From assembly GCA_027028505.1 (NCBI GenBank), contig JALVJE010000138.1:1-64000 (forward strand): 64,000 nucleotides of DNA. Reading direction: 5' to 3'. The translations under genes and the position numbers were made by a program. Below, in pieces: positions 17,863 through 26,845 of the stretch. The stretch comes from Bacteroidales bacterium. GTDB taxonomy: Bacteria; Bacteroidota; Bacteroidia; Bacteroidales; VadinHA17. Within the stretch, counting starts at the first letter, position 1. Each line of letters opens with the position of its first letter. Under the pieces are notes generated by a model that ran no database searches, was not told the origin of the DNA, and was given only the letters and a program-made list of their open reading frames with translations.

Positions 17863-19338
17863 TCAGAGTTCAGGGAAATATCTTCCCAGATCCAGTGTAT
17901 CTTTCATCTCTTTCTGCAGCTTCACCAGGGCGGTGAACAGTTCCTTCACTTTCCCCCGGTATTCCGGTTTCTGTGCCAGGTCATGGATCTCATAAGGATC
18001 GTTGTTCATATCATACAGCAACACCACAGGCACCCGCGGATAGACGATCAGCTTGTACCCGTCTTTGCGGATCATCCGCTGAAAGTTCAGGTAAGCGCCA
18101 TAGATGGCAGGATAATAACTCACTTTCCGGGTTTCATCGATCAGGGGCAGGACACTGTGGAAAAAGAGGGAATCGGGCGGTGTGACACCGGCCAGGTCCA
18201 GGGCCGTGGCCATGGCATCCTGCAGATAGATATCGGCATCGATCCTTTTGTTATGCGGGATACCCGGCCCCACCAACATGAATGGCACGCGTATGCTGAT
18301 ATCGTAAAGGTTCTGTTTCCCTGCCAGGCCGTGAGCCCCTATCGACAGGCCATGGTCGGCCGTGAAGAAGATGTAGGTATTGTCCATCTTTCCGGTCTTT
18401 TTGAGCGCTTCGAGGATCCTGCCGATCTGTTGGTCCATGTGGGTGGTGATGGCATAGTACTCCTGCCGGTTGACCTTTACGGCCCAGGGGGTACGGGGGA
18501 AGGGCATGAGGCGTTCGTCACGCAGTTTCCGGCCGCTGCCGATCTGTTTACCGTAAGGATATTCCGGCAGGAAGCTGGGAGGCATCTCAATGCTGTCGGG
18601 ATCGTACATCTCCACAAAACGGCGGGGGGACTGGCGCGGGTCATGCGATGCATTGAAGGCCAGATACATGAAGAAGGGTTTCTCCTTTCGGGCGGCCTCC
18701 TGCAGGAAAGCCACGGCATCGTCGCCCAGCACCTCGCTCCAGTGCTTCCCGCCTTTCCAGTAGCCGCCGTAGATGGTGTCCCAGGGTTCCCACACGGTGT
18801 CCGTACGGCTTTTGGGCCGGTCGTAGCCCTGGGGCGTCTGGTTGGGCATCCCCGGACGCTCGTGCACCACATGGTCAAAGACCTCCTGCGGCGGGATCCT
18901 CACATGCCATTTGCCGGTCATATAAGTCTCGTAGCCGGCCTGCTCCATCATCTTCGCCCACAGCTCCCCGCGCGATGCCAGTTCCTTCAGGCGAGGCACC
19001 GCCCTGTGTGCCTCCCACAAGGACCTGCCGGTATTGAGCATGCCGCGGCTGGAGACACACACCGCCGGCGTCCAGGCCCCCATGTTGTAAGCATGGGTGA
19101 GGGTGACACCCTCCTCGACCAGCCGGTCCAGATGGGGCGTGATGATCTGATCATTGCCCAGGGCATGGACCATGTCATAGTTGAGATCATCCGCGAAAAT
19201 GAAAACGATGTTAGGTTTTTGTTCCTTCTGCTTTTGAGAAGAACCGGATTTACAGGAAAAAGCAGTCAGCCAGATCACAGGCAAAATAATGGCAAGAAAA
19301 ATGAAGCTCCTTTTTCTTTTCCTTGTCATGGATTTCAT
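17863..19338 (-). CDS. Sulfatase-family lipoprotein with a non-canonical active-site motif (C-V-S-S-R)
   Basis: NIVFIFADDLNYDM... sulfatase N-terminal signature. The active-site region AWTPAVCVSSRGMLNTGRSLW lacks the usual Pro (CxPxR). Start placed at the internal Met (MKSMTRKRKRSFIFLAIILPVIWLTAFSC, lipobox) rather than the ORF-track start at 19377, which overlaps the upstream gene. Confidence 0.75.
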   Translation of the reverse strand: MKSMTRKRKRSFIFLAIILPVIWLTAFSCKSGSSQKQKEQKPNIVFIFADDLNYDMVHALGNDQIITPHLDRLVEEGVTLTHAYNMGAWTPAVCVSSRGMLNTGRSLWEAHRAVPRLKELASRGELWAKMMEQAGYETYMTGKWHVRIPPQEVFDHVVHERPGMPNQTPQGYDRPKSRTDTVWEPWDTIYGGYWKGGKHWSEVLGDDAVAFLQEAARKEKPFFMYLAFNASHDPRQSPRRFVEMYDPDSIEMPPSFLPEYPYGKQIGSGRKLRDERLMPFPRTPWAVKVNRQEYYAITTHMDQQIGRILEALKKTGKMDNTYIFFTADHGLSIGAHGLAGKQNLYDISIRVPFMLVGPGIPHNKRIDADIYLQDAMATALDLAGVTPPDSLFFHSVLPLIDETRKVSYYPAIYGAYLNFQRMIRKDGYKLIVYPRVPVVLLYDMNNDPYEIHDLAQKPEYRGKVKELFTALVKLQKEMKDTLDLGRYFPEL

Positions 19339-19370
19339 TTTATGCATGCTACAGAAATGTTTTATAATGA

Positions 19371-21284
19371 TTACCACACCTTTAATTTAACACTGTCTTT
19401 CCCAATGTCGCCGAACGGACCGGGAACCGGATGTTCTTTGTTGCGCTCATGCCCGAAATAGTCTCTGTCGATCTTTAGGGGCGTCCCGTCAGGATCCTCA
19501 AAAAGAAGCCGGGTGTTTTTCGTCCTGCCGAGAAAAGCGGTCGTGATAAATGGGGTATCCTGCTCCCGTATCTTTTCAGGAAGGGTCAGGGAAAGGTACA
19601 CATGTCCCCCCTCCTCTTCCAAACGTATATCCGGATCAAAACCGGGCAGCAGGAGGTAATCCCGCTCCAGCCTGTAAGGACGGGTACCGTACAGATAGAC
19701 ATTGCCGGCGGCAAGGATCCGGAAGTCCAGCGAATCATAGACACACAAGCCCCACCCTTTGCGCATATACCGGCTGTTCGCCGGCACTTTCAAATTCTTA
19801 CCGGTTCCCGGGCCGACCATGATATTGTTATAGAAACGCTCCTGACCGTTCCAGGTATTCCTCAGTCCCGCCACCTGCGTGGAATGAGGGAACATATAGG
19901 GCGTAAAACGGTTCCTCTCTTCATGCGCCTCAATGTACCCGGCCAGCAGGTTATGCACAAAAGCAGCGCCTTCGCTCCAATTCCTCATAGATTTCCCGGA
20001 GAGGAACAAATTATTGTCCACGAGGAAAGGCCCATGGTTCACCTCCACAAAAACATCCTCCTCCGTATTGTCATACAGCAGGTTACCTGTTACACGTGTC
20101 CCCTGCGCCATCCAGTCGAGCCAGATGCCCCGGCCCGTATTGTGTATGCGGTTATGGCGGATCACCACGTCGATGGCACCGTGCAGTTTGATCCCTGCGA
20201 TCTCGGCACCGTTAAAAAGGCGTTCCACCCATGTGTCGTGGATATGATTATCGTATATCTGACTGAATACCGCCCCGAGGCTCCCCACAATACCGGCCTG
20301 CTCACAGTGATAGATCTCATTGTTCCTGACGATATGGGATCCTGTGTTCTCTTTCGACCAACCTTCCCGCAGCGCACGGAAGATCACCTCATTGTAATGC
20401 GTGGCACCGTCAATGGAGGGGTTCTTCGACCATACGTTTTGACCGGTCTTCCGGTCTTTCCCCAGGGTGATCCCCACACACCGGGCGTCGCTGATCACAT
20501 TGTCCTCGATGATCCATCCCTTGCTCCAGAAGGTCCCCAACAGACCGACCTGTTCGGCCGTGGGGGGAGCCCAGGGTGTGGCCGCCTGCTGCATCACAAA
20601 ACCCTGCACGGTGATATAGTTTACCCCCGGACTGCCGGGGTAGAAACAGGCTTCCCGCACAGTGATCTCCACGGTATCCCGGTTGGGATCATGATCCCCG
20701 AAATTGGCATAGATGGTTGTATTCCGATCATCCGACTCACAGTACCAGGGATACAGATGACGTCCGTCACGTGTATCCAACAGAACAGGCTGGAAAAGGT
20801 TATCGGCGACATCCGACTCGTACAGAGCACCGCCGTTGAGAAATACGGCGCCGGCGTGATGCACCCGCCCCCTGCCATTGAACCAGTCGCCATGCAAAAC
20901 TTCTTTGTAGGGATTGAAATCACCAAAAAACGTATCGGGCAGGGTCACCTTCCACACATTTCCCTGAAACCGCTTCCATCCCCGGATCACCTCCGATCCT
21001 TTGATCACAGCTTTCTCCCCAGGCGCTGCGCGGTAGATGATCCTTTGATCATCCGACATACCACCCCGGAGCGGCCGGACCCATTCGCGGTAGATCCCGC
21101 CGTGCACAATAATGACATCGCCCGCCACTGCCACGGAAGCAGCTTTGGAGATGGTCCTGAAAGGACGGGCCGCAGTGCCGTTGCTCCCGTCATTTCCCCG
21201 GATCGAGACGTGATAATCGCGGGCTGTAAGATTAAGCCCCAGAAAAAGAACCGAGAAAAAAAGGAGAATCTTTTTATTTTTCAT
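19371..21284 (-). CDS. Secreted right-handed parallel beta-helix repeat protein (probable polysaccharide lyase/hydrolase fold)
   Basis: Signal peptide MKNKKILLFFSVLFLGLNLTA. Repeated ~22-aa G/N/H-rich segments (IVRNNEIYHCEQAGIVG; IHDTWVERLFNGAEIAGIKLHGAIDVVIRHNRIHNTGRGIWLD; NLLYDN) typical of pectate-lyase-like beta-helices. Confidence 0.6.
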   Translation of the reverse strand: MKNKKILLFFSVLFLGLNLTARDYHVSIRGNDGSNGTAARPFRTISKAASVAVAGDVIIVHGGIYREWVRPLRGGMSDDQRIIYRAAPGEKAVIKGSEVIRGWKRFQGNVWKVTLPDTFFGDFNPYKEVLHGDWFNGRGRVHHAGAVFLNGGALYESDVADNLFQPVLLDTRDGRHLYPWYCESDDRNTTIYANFGDHDPNRDTVEITVREACFYPGSPGVNYITVQGFVMQQAATPWAPPTAEQVGLLGTFWSKGWIIEDNVISDARCVGITLGKDRKTGQNVWSKNPSIDGATHYNEVIFRALREGWSKENTGSHIVRNNEIYHCEQAGIVGSLGAVFSQIYDNHIHDTWVERLFNGAEIAGIKLHGAIDVVIRHNRIHNTGRGIWLDWMAQGTRVTGNLLYDNTEEDVFVEVNHGPFLVDNNLFLSGKSMRNWSEGAAFVHNLLAGYIEAHEERNRFTPYMFPHSTQVAGLRNTWNGQERFYNNIMVGPGTGKNLKVPANSRYMRKGWGLCVYDSLDFRILAAGNVYLYGTRPYRLERDYLLLPGFDPDIRLEEEGGHVYLSLTLPEKIREQDTPFITTAFLGRTKNTRLLFEDPDGTPLKIDRDYFGHERNKEHPVPGPFGDIGKDSVKLKVW

Positions 21285-21585
21285 CTTATGGCCGGCTATA
21301 TGGTTTCGGAAAACGGAAGTGTAAAATACAAATTTCTAAGGGAACCCCAAAGTATGTCCCTTATTTTCCATTCTCCCCATCCCGGTATTTAGTGGTCTTT
21401 CCAAACTTATCAACTTTTCAACTCATCAACTCATCAACTTTTTTTCTCGCCCCCAAATACCTATTTTCCACCCAAACATCTTATAATTTATTTTATTCAG
21501 ATCATAATTTTTGCTCCGGATTTTTATCTGTTTAAATAATAATTATTTATATTTGTGTTTAAATTCTATATCATTATAGTATTTA
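21285..21585. promoter_or_regulatory. Divergent promoter region upstream of the Rrf2 regulator / nitric-oxide reductase, with AT-rich imperfect dyad and a short tandem word repeat
   Basis: Contains atcaacttttcaactcatcaactcatcaacttt (tandem word repeat) and the AT-rich near-palindrome ttaaataataattatttata about 55 bp upstream of the Rrf2 start. This is a candidate operator only. Confidence 0.3.
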
Positions 21586-21999
21586 ATGATCCTGTCCAAG
21601 ACATCCCAGTATGCGATCCGGGTGTTGAGTTATATGATCAACTCCGATCTACAGGTATTCTCTGCCCAGCACCTTATTCAAACTTTACACATTCCGGATA
21701 AATATCTGCGGCAACTGTTGACCACCCTCTCCAAGGCCGGGTTCATCAAAAGCATCCGGGGAAGGGAAGGGGGATATGTCTTTGCGCGGAACGCCGACCG
21801 CATTTATCTCTCCTCGATCATTGAAACGGTGGAAGGGATGGACAAATACACCTCTTGTCTGCTGGGCTTTTCGGATTGTAATGATGATAACCCCTGCAGT
21901 CTGCATGAGAAATGGACGCCCATCCGCGAACAGTTGCTGGATTTCCTTAATAATACGACACTGGCCGAAGTGAAAAACAACCAGATAACGAAATTTTGA
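21586..21999 (+). CDS. nsrR: Rrf2-family transcriptional regulator (NsrR-like, Fe-S cysteine triad)
   Basis: MILSKTSQYAIRVLSYM... wHTH of the Rrf2 family. C-terminal Cys cluster (C..C.....C: TSCLLGFSDCNDDNPC). Encoded directly upstream of nitric-oxide reductase. Confidence 0.75.
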   Translation: MILSKTSQYAIRVLSYMINSDLQVFSAQHLIQTLHIPDKYLRQLLTTLSKAGFIKSIRGREGGYVFARNADRIYLSSIIETVEGMDKYTSCLLGFSDCNDDNPCSLHEKWTPIREQLLDFLNNTTLAEVKNNQITKF

Positions 22000-22029
22000 C
22001 TTTTTCATTAACCCTTAAACCATTATCGT

Positions 22030-24255
22030 ATGAAACAGATATTGCTTGACCGGTTTATGACCAAGAAGGGGCTTTACACAGCCTTCTGGATCATTGCCAT
22101 TTTCATGGTATCGATCCTGATCTACTACACGGCAAACCTGCACAAGGAGGTGCCGCCCATTCCCCAGCAGGTAAAATCCTCATCAGGGGAAGTGCTTTAC
22201 ACCTACGACGACATCGTTGAGGGAAAAGCCTATTTCCAGGAGTTTGACCTCACCGACTGGGGTACACTGCTGGGCATGGGCGCTTACATGGGTCCTGATT
22301 TCACCACCACGTTCTATCATCACCGCGTGGAAGACCTGTACGATTATTATGGCAAACAGATGTTCGGCAAAGGAAAGGACGAGCTTTCCCCCACCGAAGA
22401 GGGAGCCGTAAAAGAGCGGGTCAAACAGGAGATCAAGGAGGAGACCCATCTGACTGAGGATGTGGTGACTTACACCGAAGCCTCCACCATGGCCTACCAG
22501 AACAATGTGGCACGGCTGGTGAAGATGTTGGTGGAAGGGGATCCCGAAAGAGCTTTCCCCGGCGGCGTCATCAAGCCCGAAGAAGCTAAGAAGATCGCGG
22601 CTTTTGTCGACTGGTCCCAACTGGTAGCCTCCACCAAACGTCCCAATGCCGACCGCACCTGGTCGAACAACTGGCCCTACGAACCAATGGTAGACCAGGA
22701 TCTCAATTTCAATTACCACAAGGTCTCTCTCTGGGAGTTCCTGCTGCTGTGGACCCTCACCATCATTGTGATCTTCCTCTCATACGAGTATCTCTTCAAA
22801 AAAGACGAGGAACTGCAGCCGGCCATGAAGGTGACTTCCCTCTTTAAGTCGCAGAAAAAGCTGATCAAATATGTGCCCATCGTGGCGCTGCTGTTCGTGT
22901 TGCAATTGTTCGTCGGGGGATACCTGGCCCATTTGTACACCGAACCTGGCAAATCGTTCGTCTTTTCCCAGAGTATTCTTCCTTTCAATGTGATCCGCTC
23001 CATTCACACGCAGCTGGCCATCCTGTGGGTAGCTGTGGGCTGGCTCGTGGGGGGCCTGCTCATCGCACCGTGGGTAGCCAACAAAGACCATAAGATGCCC
23101 TGGCTCGTGGATGTGCTCTGGCTGGCGCTGGTGATCGTGGCCGTGGGAGCTCTCATTGGCCTGTACATGGGTGCTACCGGTCATCTGCGCGACTCCTGGT
23201 TCTGGCTGGGCAACGAAGGACGTGAACTCATCAACCTGGGACGGTTGTGGGACATCGGCCTGGTGGTCGGGCTGGTCTTCTGGTTCCTCCTGGTGGTCTC
23301 GCTCATCCGCAAGGCAGCCACCAACAACCCGTTGGTGGGGACCATCATCTGGTCGGCCTTCGCCATTGCCACACTGTACATCGCAGGGATGATGCCCCTC
23401 ACCCACATCATGCCCAATTACACGGTAGATGATTACTACCGCTGGTGGGTCATTCACCTGTGGGTGGAGCTGACCTTCGAGATGTTCGCTGCCGGCGTCA
23501 TTGCTTTCTTCACCGTATCGCTCGGACTTATCTCCCACAAGACGGCGGTACGTACCATGATCTTCGAGCTGTTCCTCATCATGATGGCCGGCACCCTGGG
23601 GGTAGGACACCATTACTGGTTCCAGGGTCTGGACGAGTACTGGATCGCCATCGGAGGTATCTTCTCGGCCCTTGAGCCCCTGCCGCTGGCCCTGATGATC
23701 GTCGAAGCCATGAAAAACCAGCGCGAACAACGCCTCGAAGGAAACCCCAATGAGTTCAGCACCGTCTTTATGTGGGTGGCCGGATCGGCTGTCCTCAACT
23801 GGATCGGTGCCGGTTTCTTCGGCATGGTGATCAATACGCCCACCATCGACTACTATGCTCACGGCACCTACCTGATCATGCCCCACGGACACATCGCCCT
23901 GCTGGGCGCCTTCGGGTATATCTCCATCGCTTTCCTTTATATGACAGCCCGTGCCAACTCCCTGGCCAATGGTCTGAGATGGGATCCCAAACTAAGCAAG
24001 TGGGGCTTCTGGCTGCTCACTATCGGCGTGGTACTCTTTGCCCTGCCCACCTATATCGTGGGGATACACCAGGCACAGACCGCTTTCGATCAGGGTTATT
24101 ACTTTGCCCGGCTGCGCGAGACCATCGAGCCCATGAAGAACTGGCTGTGGTTCCGTCTGCTGCCTGACGGCATGATGATCCTCGGCGGATTGATCATCCT
24201 CTACGACCTGATGGTGAAACTGTTCACCAAAAAGAAAGAAGCTGTGACCGCCTGA
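22030..24255 (+). CDS. norB: Quinol-dependent nitric-oxide reductase (qNOR, NorZ/NorB large subunit, haem-copper oxidase superfamily)
   Basis: 741 aa. An N-terminal TM helix and periplasmic extension are followed by about 12 TM helices with conserved His ligands (HTQLAILW, HLWVELTFE, GHHYWF, HGHIALLG). Confidence 0.85.
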   Translation: MKQILLDRFMTKKGLYTAFWIIAIFMVSILIYYTANLHKEVPPIPQQVKSSSGEVLYTYDDIVEGKAYFQEFDLTDWGTLLGMGAYMGPDFTTTFYHHRVEDLYDYYGKQMFGKGKDELSPTEEGAVKERVKQEIKEETHLTEDVVTYTEASTMAYQNNVARLVKMLVEGDPERAFPGGVIKPEEAKKIAAFVDWSQLVASTKRPNADRTWSNNWPYEPMVDQDLNFNYHKVSLWEFLLLWTLTIIVIFLSYEYLFKKDEELQPAMKVTSLFKSQKKLIKYVPIVALLFVLQLFVGGYLAHLYTEPGKSFVFSQSILPFNVIRSIHTQLAILWVAVGWLVGGLLIAPWVANKDHKMPWLVDVLWLALVIVAVGALIGLYMGATGHLRDSWFWLGNEGRELINLGRLWDIGLVVGLVFWFLLVVSLIRKAATNNPLVGTIIWSAFAIATLYIAGMMPLTHIMPNYTVDDYYRWWVIHLWVELTFEMFAAGVIAFFTVSLGLISHKTAVRTMIFELFLIMMAGTLGVGHHYWFQGLDEYWIAIGGIFSALEPLPLALMIVEAMKNQREQRLEGNPNEFSTVFMWVAGSAVLNWIGAGFFGMVINTPTIDYYAHGTYLIMPHGHIALLGAFGYISIAFLYMTARANSLANGLRWDPKLSKWGFWLLTIGVVLFALPTYIVGIHQAQTAFDQGYYFARLRETIEPMKNWLWFRLLPDGMMILGGLIILYDLMVKLFTKKKEAVTA

Positions 24256-24275
24256 TCGCAGATCTTTAAATAAGA

Positions 24276-24303
24276 AACCCCGTCAACGTGACGGGGTTTT
24301 TTA
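24276..24303 (+). terminator. Rho-independent terminator after norB
   Basis: aaaccccgtca-acg-tgacggggtttttt: 8-bp GC-rich stem followed by a T-run, 20 nt after the stop. Confidence 0.65.
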
Positions 24304-24382
24304 TTTCCTTTCACCCGGCCGCCTCTTGACAGGTCCTCTCTTTTTTTATAAATTAGGATGTCTTTTCTAAATATTTCCTGTC

Positions 24383-25105
24383 ATGAAACATTTACTGATA
24401 TCCTGTACTCTCTTGCTCATCCTCCCTTTGACAAGCACCGCCCAGGAAATACCAGCCGTCACGGACACTACAGTTCAGGTAAAGTTGTGGAGCCTTTATC
24501 CCGGCTATGTCATCACACGCACCAATGACACCCTCCGGGGGCATCTGTTGTTGAAAAACCTGGTAAACAACCAGGATAAGGTACTTTTTTACAGGGATCC
24601 CGATGATGAAAAATATACGGAGAAATACAAACCCAAAGATCTGAAGGCATACAAGGTGGGACCGCGCTATTATGAGTCTTTCAAATTCAAGCCTCCTGTC
24701 ACTTACTCGGCCAACGATGCCAGGACTTATCATTTTATCCTGAAGATCATCGACGGTCCTTTCAGTCTCTACCGGTGGTATTATGAAACAGTAGAACAAT
24801 CCAGGGCCAGGGTAAAGATAGATCAGGATCATCCGCTCAGGTCACATATCGATCTGAGTTTTTCGGAAAAAGACCTGAAACATGAGAACTACGGCCTGAC
24901 CCCCCGGGGAGAGTTCATTGACCTGGGATCCCTCAAGATGCTCACCAATTTTAAAAAGAACATGAGCAAGCTGGTAGAGGACGATCCGGAGCTGGCCCAA
25001 AAGATCCGTAACAAGGAGAAAGGATACGGTTATTACGATCTGGAAAAGATCATTCATGAATATAACGCCTGGTATTTAAGTACTCATCCCGGCTGGCATC
25101 ACTGA
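24383..25105 (+). CDS. Hypothetical secreted protein
   Basis: Signal peptide MKHLLISCTLLLILPLTSTAQ. 240 aa. No family recognised. Confidence 0.5.
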   Translation: MKHLLISCTLLLILPLTSTAQEIPAVTDTTVQVKLWSLYPGYVITRTNDTLRGHLLLKNLVNNQDKVLFYRDPDDEKYTEKYKPKDLKAYKVGPRYYESFKFKPPVTYSANDARTYHFILKIIDGPFSLYRWYYETVEQSRARVKIDQDHPLRSHIDLSFSEKDLKHENYGLTPRGEFIDLGSLKMLTNFKKNMSKLVEDDPELAQKIRNKEKGYGYYDLEKIIHEYNAWYLSTHPGWHH

Positions 25106-25132
25106 CAGGATCTCCTGCGATCATACCTTTTC

Positions 25133-25780
25133 TCATCCCGTCATAGCGGCAGATGAGACGGTTTTCTTCACTTCCCCCAGGATGCCGGTATACTCACCGA
25201 AGATCCTTTCATCTTTCCGGAATTCGTTGATCTTTTTCCGGAATATCCTGGCGCTTTCCCTGTCCCGGGCGATCAGTTTGCTGAGATTGCAGGAGGCCAG
25301 TAGTTGCAGCAGCACGGCCTGACGGAGATCAGGCAAATTCTCGCCAAAAACTACCGCCTGCAATTCACTGATCATCTCATCCCGCTCTTTCCCCCGGATC
25401 AGGAAATATCGTCTGTACCGAAAAAACAGGAAATAATGTTCCCGGACATACAGGACGTTCCTGTGTACAAGATCGCTCAGGGTCTCTTTCAAGAAACGGT
25501 CGCCTTTAAAGAAGAACTTCCCCGTCCATTGTTTAAAGGTACGGAGCCGGCCGGAATCATAAATCCTCCGGATCATGTAGTCCTGGACTTTTCTGCCGGA
25601 GAACTTCAGACTTTTCACTTTCACTTTTCCCTCGTCCAGGACGATCAGGCCAGACAACAGAAGGTCGGTCAGGGCAGCGACCGCCACCGCCTGCGACAGG
25701 GTGTTGCCCAGGGTCATCAGGCGTCCCCGCCGGGGATGGAGCAGGATGATCACAAATTCTTCAAGAAGGGTCCTTCCCAT
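25133..25780 (-). CDS. GPP34 (GOLPH3/VPS74-like) family protein
   Basis: N-terminus LLEEFVIILLHPRRGRL..GNTLSQAVAVAALTDLLLSGLIVL resembles bacterial GPP34-family proteins (LAEELLLLALDDEKGK...). Confidence 0.5.
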   Translation of the reverse strand: MGRTLLEEFVIILLHPRRGRLMTLGNTLSQAVAVAALTDLLLSGLIVLDEGKVKVKSLKFSGRKVQDYMIRRIYDSGRLRTFKQWTGKFFFKGDRFLKETLSDLVHRNVLYVREHYFLFFRYRRYFLIRGKERDEMISELQAVVFGENLPDLRQAVLLQLLASCNLSKLIARDRESARIFRKKINEFRKDERIFGEYTGILGEVKKTVSSAAMTG

Positions 25781-25937
25781 GGGTTTTCTTCTTTTTCAGC
25801 CGGCCGCTTTTGCGGAGGGCCTGGTCGATGATCCATTCGATCTGACCGTTGATGCTGCGAAATTCATCTGCTGCCCACTTCTCCAGGGCCTCCATCTTTT
25901 CCGGATCAATGCGCAGCACAAATGACTTTTTCTTCAT
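25761..25937 (-). CDS. Arc/MetJ-type ribbon-helix-helix DNA-binding protein (~58 aa; below the ORF-track size cut-off)
   Basis: Minus-strand ATG at 25937, 4 nt after the SPFH stop. Translation MKKKSFVLRIDPEKMEALEKWAADEFRSINGQIEWIIDQALRKSGRLKKKK... matches the widespread Bacteroidota 'Arc family DNA-binding protein' pattern (KKSFxLRI..ELxxAIExWAxDELRSVNGQIEYLL). The 3' end overlaps the start of the GPP34 gene in a different frame. Confidence 0.5.
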   Translation of the reverse strand: MKKKSFVLRIDPEKMEALEKWAADEFRSINGQIEWIIDQALRKSGRLKKKKTHGKDPS

Positions 25938-25940
25938 CCG

Positions 25941-26795
25941 CTAATGATGTAAAGTTCCGGCATTGACGATGGGAGCGGCATCCTTGTCGCTGCAGAGTAC
26001 CACCATCAGATTGCTGACCATGGCCGCTTTTTTCTCCTCGTCCATCTCGATAATATCTTTTTCTTTCAGTTGCTCCAGGGCCATCTGCACCATGCTGACC
26101 GCCCCTTCCACGATCTTGAACCGGGCCGCCACGATGGCAGTGGCCTGCTGCCGCTTCAGCATGGCCTGGGCGATCTCAGCCGCATAGGCAATGTAATTGA
26201 TGCGTGCCTCGATCACCCGGATGCCGGCCATCGCCAGGCGCTCACGGATCTCGTTCTCCAGCTCATGATTGACCTCCTCGCCGCCCGAACGTAATGTTAT
26301 CACCGCATCATGGTCTTCAAAATTATCATAAGGATACAAACCTGCCAGCTTACGCAGCGCCGCTTCACTCTGCACCACCACAAAATGCTCGTAGGCATCC
26401 ACCTCAAAGGCCGCCTTGTAGGTATCTTCCACCTGCCACACCAGCACCATCCCGATCATGATCGGATTGCCGATCTTGTCGTTCACCTTGATGGTCTCAC
26501 TGTCAAAATTGCGCGCCCGCAGAGAGATCTTCTGCCTGGAAAAAAAAGGATTGACCCAGAAGAAGCCGTTCTTCCGGATAGTCCCCTTGTAGGCCCCGAA
26601 AAGGACCAGCACTTTCGACTCATTGGGATTCACCACCGTGAACCCGATGATCCACAGAAAAAGCAATACGGAGGTGATGATGATCGCCCGGGTGACCCCG
26701 GCCATAGCGCTCACCACGATCCCGGCAATGATCACCAGCATGATCAGCAATGCCAGCCAGCCGGACATCGGATTATAACTCTTCTCATTTTTCAT
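25941..26795 (-). CDS. SPFH / band-7 (stomatin/slipin-like) membrane protein
   Basis: Two N-terminal TM helices, then an SPFH core (..ETIKVNDKIGNPIMIGMVLVWQVEDTYKAAFEVD..), then a coiled-coil C-terminus. Confidence 0.75.
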   Translation of the reverse strand: MKNEKSYNPMSGWLALLIMLVIIAGIVVSAMAGVTRAIIITSVLLFLWIIGFTVVNPNESKVLVLFGAYKGTIRKNGFFWVNPFFSRQKISLRARNFDSETIKVNDKIGNPIMIGMVLVWQVEDTYKAAFEVDAYEHFVVVQSEAALRKLAGLYPYDNFEDHDAVITLRSGGEEVNHELENEIRERLAMAGIRVIEARINYIAYAAEIAQAMLKRQQATAIVAARFKIVEGAVSMVQMALEQLKEKDIIEMDEEKKAAMVSNLMVVLCSDKDAAPIVNAGTLHH

Positions 26796-26845
26796 GACAT
26801 AATGTTTTTATATTATTATGATATTACAATTATATCATTTTAATT

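Noticed and set aside
17983-19461. 492-aa plus-strand ORF
   Set aside because: Antisense to the sulfatase gene. No signal or motif. High-GC antisense artefact.
19602-21392. 596-aa plus-strand ORF
   Set aside because: Antisense to the well-supported beta-helix gene (19371-21284) in GC-rich DNA. Composition is Pro/Arg/His/Gly-rich with no domain-like motifs, typical of antisense open frames.
22780-23892. 370-aa minus-strand ORF
   Set aside because: Antisense to the nitric-oxide reductase gene. His/Asp/Gly-rich nonsense composition.
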